DNA from: Acidobacteriota bacterium
GTDB taxonomy: Bacteria > Acidobacteriota > UBA6911 > RPQK01 > JADFOI01
Assembly: GCA_963663035.1 (NCBI GenBank)
Contig: OY760074.1
Coordinates: 3,136,001-3,200,000, forward strand
DNA length: 64,000 bases
Reading direction: 5' to 3'
Shown: positions 57,701 to 64,000 of the stretch, one piece after another
How the letters are laid out: each line of letters begins with the position of its first letter
Numbering within the stretch: the first letter of the stretch is position 1
Translations under genes and position numbers: made by a program
Notes under the pieces: model-generated
The model's database searches: none
What the model was told of the DNA's origin: nothing
The model's input: the letters and a program-made list of their open reading frames with translations, nothing else

Positions 57701-59143
57701 ATGCCGAATTGCACGGATTTACGCCTCTGGATCGAGCAGGCTGAAAAGCTGGGGGAGGTCCGCCACGTGGAAGGCGCCGATTGGGTCCACGAGATGGGTG
57801 CGATTACGGAACTGGCCAGCCAGATGGACCCCATGCCAGCCGTGCTGTTCGATAACATCAAGGGATACCCGGCCGGCTATCGTGTCATCACCAATACCCT
57901 GGCTTCGGTGAGGCGAGTGGCTCTCACCTTCGGGATGCCGACCGATCTGTCAAACCTTGACTTTGTTAAGGAATGGCGCAAAATGGCGGGCACCTTCAAA
58001 CCCATTCGCCCGGTAGAGGTGAAGTCGGGTCCGGTGCTCGAAAACGTCATGGAAGGAAAGGATGTCAATCTTCTTCAATTCCCCGCTCCCAAGTGGCACG
58101 AGCACGATGGGGGCCGTTACCTGGGGACCGGAGACATGGTCATCACCCGTGATCCTGACGAGGGTTGGGTCAATATCGGCACCTATCGGGTGATGATTCA
58201 GGACGAGCAGTCGGTAGGAGTCCATATCGCCCTGGCCCACCACGGAGCCATGCATATCCGTAAGGCGCTGGAGCGAAACGAGTCGATCAAGGTCGCCATC
58301 TCAGTCGGGCATCATCCCGCCTTCTTGAGCGTTGCCTCCATGGAGTTCCCCTACGGGTACTGCGAGTACGACTTCGTGGGCGCCTTACAAGGTGAGCCCA
58401 TTGAAGTGATTGAAGGCCCTTACTCGGGACTTCCGATTCCCGCCCACAGTGAAATCGTTTTGGAAGGGGAAATCCTTCCCGGCAAGGTGAAATACGAAGG
58501 TCCTTTCGGCGAGTGGACCGGTTATTATGCCAGTCCTCCCAAACCCGATCCTTTGATCCAAATCCACAGCGTACTGTACCGGAACGATCCGATTATCCTT
58601 GGAGCTCCGCCGGTGCGTCCACCGGCGGAGCACTCCGTTTATCGAGCCTTTACCCGCGCGGCGCGCATCTGGGATGCTCTGGAAGGGGCCGGTGTTCCAG
58701 GCGTGAAAGGCGTCTGGTGCCATCCGGCAGGCGGCTCCCGCATGCTCAACATCGTTTCCATCCAGCAGAAGTTCAGCGGCCACGCTCGGCAGGCAGGTCT
58801 GATCGCCGCTCAATGCCAGGCGGCCCTATACGCGAATCGCTACACCATCGTGGTGGACGAGGACATCGACCCCACCAACACCTTCCAGGTCTTGTGGGCC
58901 CTCTGTACCCGATCCGATCCTGAAACTTCAATCCAAATTATCACCCGCAGCATGAAAACCAGTGATGATCCCATCGGACCCGCAGACGGCTCGGGTGGCT
59001 TCAGCTCGCGCGCCGTGATTGAAGCCTGTAAGCCCTTTGAGACGATCAAGGACTTTCCATTGGTCAGCGGTCCCAGCCCGGAGCTAAGAGAGGAAATCTA
59101 CCGCAAGTTTGCTCACGTGTTCAAGGTTGGACCGGCTTCGTAG
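57701..59143 (+). CDS. UbiD-family (prFMN-dependent) decarboxylase
   Basis: PAVLFDNIKGY, HDGGRY, NIGTYR, EIVLEG, EGPFGEWTGYY and VVDEDID motifs. Confidence 0.93.
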   Translation: MPNCTDLRLWIEQAEKLGEVRHVEGADWVHEMGAITELASQMDPMPAVLFDNIKGYPAGYRVITNTLASVRRVALTFGMPTDLSNLDFVKEWRKMAGTFKPIRPVEVKSGPVLENVMEGKDVNLLQFPAPKWHEHDGGRYLGTGDMVITRDPDEGWVNIGTYRVMIQDEQSVGVHIALAHHGAMHIRKALERNESIKVAISVGHHPAFLSVASMEFPYGYCEYDFVGALQGEPIEVIEGPYSGLPIPAHSEIVLEGEILPGKVKYEGPFGEWTGYYASPPKPDPLIQIHSVLYRNDPIILGAPPVRPPAEHSVYRAFTRAARIWDALEGAGVPGVKGVWCHPAGGSRMLNIVSIQQKFSGHARQAGLIAAQCQAALYANRYTIVVDEDIDPTNTFQVLWALCTRSDPETSIQIITRSMKTSDDPIGPADGSGGFSSRAVIEACKPFETIKDFPLVSGPSPELREEIYRKFAHVFKVGPAS

Positions 59144-59598
59144 GTGCCTTCTGTGTCAGCTATCGGCAGGCCCGCAAAATCGAGGCTGATCACTCCCATT
59201 TGGCGAAGGAAATCCAAACGGTCATAGTAGTCGTGAACCTCGTACATCTGCTCTTCTCGAAAGTGAAGGAACTGCACCCAAGGGACCTCGAAGTGTTTGT
59301 TGGAAGGAGGGTTGCCCCGATACGTTCCAGTCTGGTCTCCCAGCAGTGCCCCTTCGGCTATGACCACATCTCCCTGTTGGTAAAATCGATCATAGCGGGA
59401 GCTGAAATTGGGAACGGCTTCCAGGACACGGATGTAGAATTCGCGCAACTCGTCCCGCCCTTCGAACACCTTGGGTATGGTTAGGTCATCGTAAAGAACA
59501 TCCTCGGTGTGAAGGTTCAGGAATTCCTCCAGGCCAAAGGGAGGTTCCCAGATCTTCTTGTACACTTCAAACCAAGTGTCCATATTGGTTGGGGCCAT
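59113..59598 (-). CDS. SnoaL/NTF2-like (ester cyclase) protein
   Basis: EDV.Y.D..GR.E..PN....GD.V..G.Q.G...G.PP.NK...YYD pattern; 31-bp convergent overlap with ubiD. Confidence 0.82.
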   Translation of the reverse strand: MAPTNMDTWFEVYKKIWEPPFGLEEFLNLHTEDVLYDDLTIPKVFEGRDELREFYIRVLEAVPNFSSRYDRFYQQGDVVIAEGALLGDQTGTYRGNPPSNKHFEVPWVQFLHFREEQMYEVHDYYDRLDFLRQMGVISLDFAGLPIADTEGTYEAGPTLNT

Positions 59599-59809
59599 CA
59601 CGCTTTTCTCCCGTTTTAATGTTCGTGTCCGGAATCGGTCTTTGTTTCGGGCCATACTCTATTCCCCTCCCTCCTCTAAGGTCAAGAAGGGATCGAGAAG
59701 GCCAGTTTAAAGAGCGGCTACCACTTGACACAGCAGGTGAGTCAGGCTTCAATTGTCCAATCATTGACTTGTCCAGTTTCAGCATTATCCTTCCCAACGA
59801 GGTGAAACC

Positions 59810-61660
59810 ATGCCAAGGTCACTTCTGTTTTTAAGACTACGAGCTTCGCTTATTCTTTTCCTGCTTCTTTTGCTGGCCCCAGCAGCGGCCAGTGGACAAG
59901 AAACATCAGATCTGCTGGAGAGGTTGGACGCCTATCCTGAGTTGATTGTCGTCAACGGGAAAATAGCAGTGATGGATGACCAGCTGACCACAGTTGAGGC
60001 CATGGCTGTCAGGGACAAAAGGATTCTCGTACTCGGGACCAGCAAAGAGATCAATGAGTTAAAGGGACCCGAAACGCTGGTGATTGACGCCAAGGGCAGG
60101 ACAGTCCTTCCGGGAATCATCGACAGCCACACTCACCCACACTTGTGGTTGTACAACCACTTTGGGAGTGATCCGGACTTCAACCCCGATCCTCAGCTCA
60201 AAGTCATTCCGGTTCTGGGTCTGCACGAGGATGACCTGGATGAGCTGACCAAAAGTGGGATTGCCGAGAAGATCGGTGCGGTGATTCGCAGAAGAGCAGC
60301 TGAGGTGGGACCTGATAAATGGGTGATTGTCAATGTCCCCATTAACGAGGAAGCCATTCAAGCGACCGCATCTCCAGTGATCCGGCAGCGAATGTTGAAC
60401 ACCGCTGATCTGGACAGGCTGGGACCCGACAATCCGGTGGTTTTGACGGGAAGCCTAACCTCTGGCATCTACAACAGCGAGGCCAAAAGGATTATCAGCG
60501 AGGCTATTGGACGCGACATCGATACCCTCAAACCCGTGGGCCTGCGAGTCTGGTATTACCTCGTTTACGACGTCATCCTGAAGAATAAGACTGAAATGGT
60601 CGCGGGAATGCTCAAGAAGGAGCTGGTAGAGAATGCATCCTTCGGTATCACCACGGTGCAAACTCACGTCGAGCCAATGGAAGTCCTCAAGGCCTTGAAC
60701 ATGATGGACAAAAGGGGGGAGATGCCCATTCGCTGGGCATGGATCCACCGAGCTGCCTATTCACTGGCCAAAGATCCGGCTGAGTTCTATTCTCTTCTCG
60801 GCGACTTCGGCGGCCAGGGGAGCGAGTACCTCTGGAACAGCGGGGTTGGGGAAGAAGGATGGGACACGAGTCCCTGCAGCCAGGCGGTACCAAAAGATCC
60901 GGCACTCCGAGAGCAATTGGAACAATTGGAGCAATGTCCAGGACACAAGCCCGGGACGGACCGGTACAATGCTCATCTGGCGGCTCTGAAGGCCGGATTA
61001 AGGCTGGCCGATGTCCATGCCACCATGGATGGAACCACCGATATTCTCTTTCAGATGTTTGACCAGTTGATGGAGGAGGACGGCTGGACCCTGGAGCAAA
61101 TCAGGGAGAAGCGACATTTCTTCGATCACCCCAGATTGATCCGGCCCGATCAGATTCCCAAGCTGGCCAAATACGGTCTCTGGATGAACATGCAGGCAAC
61201 AGGAATGGCTCGAGGCATCGCTGATTTTGTTGACGTGTATGGAGAGGAATACGTGAAATGGTTTACCCCCACCAAGAGTATGCTTGACGCCGGGGCAAGA
61301 TTTTCCCTGGCTACCGATGCCCACCTTGCTGAAGTGCCGAATGACTCTGAGCTTGCAGCATGGCCCTGGTATGGCTTCTGGCCACTTTTTGCCTTTTACG
61401 TCACACGCGAGTGGGACGGTCGGATATGGGGCCCGGAGGAAAAGTTGGACCGGATTTCCGGGCTGAGGGGCTGGACCACCTGGGCAGCTGAAGCCGTGCT
61501 TAGGGAGAATGAACTGGGGTCGCTGGAGAAAGGAAAGCTAGCCGATTTTATTATCATCGACAGAGACTATTTCACCATCCCGGAAATGGACATCAAGAAA
61601 ATTAACAACTTAATGACCGTGGTTGGCGGAAAGGTCATCTTCCGTAGTCCTGACTTTTAA
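59810..61660 (+). CDS. Secreted amidohydrolase-3 family protein (divergent)
   Basis: Signal peptide; VLPGIIDSHTH, ATD and GSLEKGKLADFII motifs. Confidence 0.88.
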   Translation: MPRSLLFLRLRASLILFLLLLLAPAAASGQETSDLLERLDAYPELIVVNGKIAVMDDQLTTVEAMAVRDKRILVLGTSKEINELKGPETLVIDAKGRTVLPGIIDSHTHPHLWLYNHFGSDPDFNPDPQLKVIPVLGLHEDDLDELTKSGIAEKIGAVIRRRAAEVGPDKWVIVNVPINEEAIQATASPVIRQRMLNTADLDRLGPDNPVVLTGSLTSGIYNSEAKRIISEAIGRDIDTLKPVGLRVWYYLVYDVILKNKTEMVAGMLKKELVENASFGITTVQTHVEPMEVLKALNMMDKRGEMPIRWAWIHRAAYSLAKDPAEFYSLLGDFGGQGSEYLWNSGVGEEGWDTSPCSQAVPKDPALREQLEQLEQCPGHKPGTDRYNAHLAALKAGLRLADVHATMDGTTDILFQMFDQLMEEDGWTLEQIREKRHFFDHPRLIRPDQIPKLAKYGLWMNMQATGMARGIADFVDVYGEEYVKWFTPTKSMLDAGARFSLATDAHLAEVPNDSELAAWPWYGFWPLFAFYVTREWDGRIWGPEEKLDRISGLRGWTTWAAEAVLRENELGSLEKGKLADFIIIDRDYFTIPEMDIKKINNLMTVVGGKVIFRSPDF

Positions 61661-61837
61661 GCCCGCATTTCTCACACCAGGTCGTGGCGAAGCGGCGGAA
61701 GGGACGACCTGACAAGGCGCGCGACAGAGGCCCCCGCAAACGTACTCTTGAGTACGTTGAGGAGGCCGACCGAACGCAACGCAGTCAGGTCGGATCATTG
61801 CGCCGATGCAGTAGAGCGGGTGTGAGAAGTGCGGGCT
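61660..61837. repeat. Dispersed structured repeat, family B copy 2
   Basis: Same termini and flanks as 18691-18839 with a longer central arm; fills the whole gap between two convergent stop codons. Confidence 0.88.
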
Positions 61838-62393
61838 AGTGCATAAAGAAGAAGCAGCTGATCAAAGGATAGAGTTCCGGACTGACGATGTGGATGACGG
61901 CTTCTGATTCCTGAAGAATTTCGACCGACTGGCCATTCAAGGCCTTCATCTCAATATTTTCCATGACAACGTTGAAGGGAGTCGGCTCGACCTCCTCGCC
62001 AGCCCGAAACACCAGAGAAGCAATCCCTTCCACTGATAGAGGTTCCTTTCCGTCTTCAGGCACGGCAATAGTCAGGTGAACCTTACCCGGTTCAATCTCC
62101 TCAACGACGACTTGTGCACCAACACTCTCAGCCTGATAGACCAGTTCCACCCTGACAAAGGCCAACTGTGGCGAAGGAAACGTCATGTCCATGGTGAGGC
62201 TGCCGATTTGCACCTGAGGTGAGACGGAGAGATGAATAGGCAACAGGAGATCCAGATCCGCAGTGCCCACAATGGCTGGGAAGGTAATCTGGTTCTGATG
62301 GACTTCTGATTCCGACGGCTCCTGAGAGGAAGCACTCGTCATCTGACCCATGAGGCAGATGAGAAGCACTCTCCAAACGCTCCAGCCCCTCAT
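61836..62393 (-). CDS. Secreted cohesin-like beta-sandwich protein, C-terminus PLISCFFFMH
   Basis: Signal peptide; LPIHL..IGSLTMDMTFP..L.F.RV..G.IASLVF cohesin-like strand pattern. Confidence 0.7.
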   Translation of the reverse strand: MRGWSVWRVLLICLMGQMTSASSQEPSESEVHQNQITFPAIVGTADLDLLLPIHLSVSPQVQIGSLTMDMTFPSPQLAFVRVELVYQAESVGAQVVVEEIEPGKVHLTIAVPEDGKEPLSVEGIASLVFRAGEEVEPTPFNVVMENIEMKALNGQSVEILQESEAVIHIVSPELYPLISCFFFMH

Positions 62394-62422
62394 GACGAAG
62401 ACCTATGCATAATCCGGGCTAG
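62394..62422. repeat. Family A single-end remnant
   Basis: GACGAAGACCTATGCATAATCCGGGCTAG matches the family A right end and forms the entire intergenic spacer. Confidence 0.75.
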
Positions 62423-63030
62423 TGCATGTAGAAAAGGCAGGCAAAAACCACCGGCGCATAATCGAGATCGATGGTACCCGGCCCACTGACCACCTGGGCA
62501 ATCTCCTGCCCGTCCGTGGTCCAAGCTGAAGTTTTGCTCTCCAGCGTGACGAGAAGCCCTTCAGCACCGAGTTCCTCCGGGGAAAGCTCTCTGGTGACCT
62601 TGAACACGAGGTTGCCAATAATCCCTTCGGGAAGAGGGTTTTCGCTGGAGACGATAATCCTGACACTGGTCACATCTCCCTCCTCTTGAGCGGGCTCAAC
62701 CTCCACCACCGCTCCGGAAGCTTTCGGATCAGGGGTCAGCTCGGCTCGCTCAAACTCAATTCCTTCCTGGTTGGGATAGGAGATTTTCACGATGAGCTTC
62801 CCAGCCATGATTCCAACCGCATTAGTCAGAGTCAGGGAGACGTAGCCATCTCGAAAGACATTGGCCCCCAAGTTGGGTGAGTCGTGCCCCAGTGTCACCT
62901 GAAGGGATTCTCCTGCCTCCGGTATGACCGGATCAGGTGTTGTGTCCAGTCTCTGAGAAAAAACCAGCGGAAGAGATTGCACTGTCAAGAACCCGACCAA
63001 AAGAGAACGGAGAACAGGGGCAGATAACAT
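62419..63030 (-). CDS. Secreted cohesin-like beta-sandwich protein, C-terminus PVVFACLFYMH
   Basis: Start ATG 63030, coupled to the ubiD stop; signal peptide; VSLTL..AGKL.VKISYP..FER..LPEGIIGNLVFKV. Confidence 0.7.
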   Translation of the reverse strand: MLSAPVLRSLLVGFLTVQSLPLVFSQRLDTTPDPVIPEAGESLQVTLGHDSPNLGANVFRDGYVSLTLTNAVGIMAGKLIVKISYPNQEGIEFERAELTPDPKASGAVVEVEPAQEEGDVTSVRIIVSSENPLPEGIIGNLVFKVTRELSPEELGAEGLLVTLESKTSAWTTDGQEIAQVVSGPGTIDLDYAPVVFACLFYMH

Positions 63031-63034
63031 TCCT

Positions 63035-64000
63035 CTAGTCCGAGTCCTTTCTCTCGGGCACTGCGTGACCTCCACCGTGATCCTCGAGATACTCAGGAGT
63101 GGGCCGGCAATTGAAAGCATAACGCTGTTTGAGCTCCTCATCCTTGTCAATGTTCATTGTAGGCTCATACTTGATATCGCTGAGTCCGTATTCATCCCAG
63201 CGGCTTCGCACCAGATCCTCTTCTTCCTTGGACAGCACCACCACGGGTGGAAAGACCTGGTTGTTCCAGAATGGCCGCCCACCTAAGTCCCAGTTTCTAG
63301 TTGCATCAATGAGCATCCTGGCCCATTTTCCGGAGCCAAACTGAATGAGATCTCGCTCTTCAAAGGGGGTGCTTGGATCCAGAACCGAACCAAAGTGATT
63401 CTCGAAGATGACGATATCTCCCATGGCAGGATTCACACGGGTACAAAAGGCCCACTCCAGCTGGCCATGATCGCGAATGTCAATATCTTCCTCTACCACC
63501 ATTACGTTCTTGAATGCCCAGTTGGCAAAAGACATCCCCCAGATGGCGGAGGCTATCTGCTTGGCCTGATGGCGATAGCTTTGCCGAATTTGAACATAGA
63601 TCATGAAGAATGGTCCGTCCAGATTCATCCACACATCCTTGATTCCTGGAACACCGCAGGCCTCCAGGTGGTTCCAGACCAGCGCAGAGCTGGAGAGGGA
63701 AGTGATGTAAGCGTCCTCGGTCGGCCATCCGGGACGAATGCTCTCACAAGAACCCTGGTAAATCGGATCATCTCGGAAGGTAATACAATCCACCTTTAGA
63801 GTGGGTTTCGGAGAATAAGCCCCTCCATAATAGCCGCAGTGCTCTGCAAAGGGACCTTCCATCATGTAATCCTTCCGGTCATAAGACATGGTTCCCTCAA
63901 CCACCATCTCGGCAGAAGCAGGCACCAGCAGATCGCTGGTCTCGCATTGAATCAATTCCAGAGGCTCACCCACGATTCCACCGTAGACATCGTACTCGGA
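63035..64000 (-). CDS. UbiD-family decarboxylase, 5' part outside window
   Basis: VPASAEMVVEG, EGPFAEHCGYY, VVEEDIDI and LDPS..IDAT motifs. Confidence 0.9.
   Translation of the reverse strand, partial: SEYDVYGGIVGEPLELIQCETSDLLVPASAEMVVEGTMSYDRKDYMMEGPFAEHCGYYGGAYSPKPTLKVDCITFRDDPIYQGSCESIRPGWPTEDAYITSLSSSALVWNHLEACGVPGIKDVWMNLDGPFFMIYVQIRQSYRHQAKQIASAIWGMSFANWAFKNVMVVEEDIDIRDHGQLEWAFCTRVNPAMGDIVIFENHFGSVLDPSTPFEERDLIQFGSGKWARMLIDATRNWDLGGRPFWNNQVFPPVVVLSKEEEDLVRSRWDEYGLSDIKYEPTMNIDKDEELKQRYAFNCRPTPEYLEDHGGGHAVPERKDSD

Noticed and set aside
18691-61837. Repeats as a CRISPR array or integron attC sites
   Set aside because: Copies are dispersed with no repeat-spacer periodicity; no cas or intI gene; ends are not RYYYAAC/GTTRRRY.
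1-64000. Genome-wide TGA reassignment (Trp/Gly)
   Set aside because: Many genes end normally at TGA (chdC, hemL, AAA ATPase, VWA, sigma factor) and Trp is encoded by TGG.

Overview
Bacterial chromosomal window, probably from an Acidobacteriota-like genome (inferred from the DUF1592/DUF1552 cluster and the gene repertoire). It holds about 55 CDS and no recognisable rRNA, tRNA or CRISPR array. The 1-4.6 kb part is a GC-richer planctomycete-type cytochrome cassette, bounded by a probable IS6-like end and a dnaE2 3' remnant. The 4.6-47 kb part is mostly housekeeping and metabolic: IorAB-type molybdoenzyme, leuB, nadQ-nadA with an operator, coproporphyrin-dependent heme genes, ctaA/ctaB, acyl-CoA catabolism, queD/queA, pfkA, thrC, an AAA+/VWA pair and an RpoH-like sigma factor. 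The 47-64 kb part is an accessory, largely exported catabolic cluster: four YtcJ-type amidohydrolases, two UbiD enzymes, a PQQ-type propeller, a Cys-less cupredoxin, a cytochrome c-Dabb fusion, a Cys-less nitrilase, and two cohesin-like proteins sharing a C-terminal C-x-F-[FY]-M-H motif. Features missed by the ORF track: (1) two AhpD/CMD-family genes with an in-frame CxxU TGA and SECIS-like hairpins; (2) three families of dispersed structured repeats whose terminal stems covary between copies and often abut stop codons; (3) a CTG start for ctaA; (4) several frameshifts or nonsense codons. All calls come from reading the sequence by eye; no searches were run.
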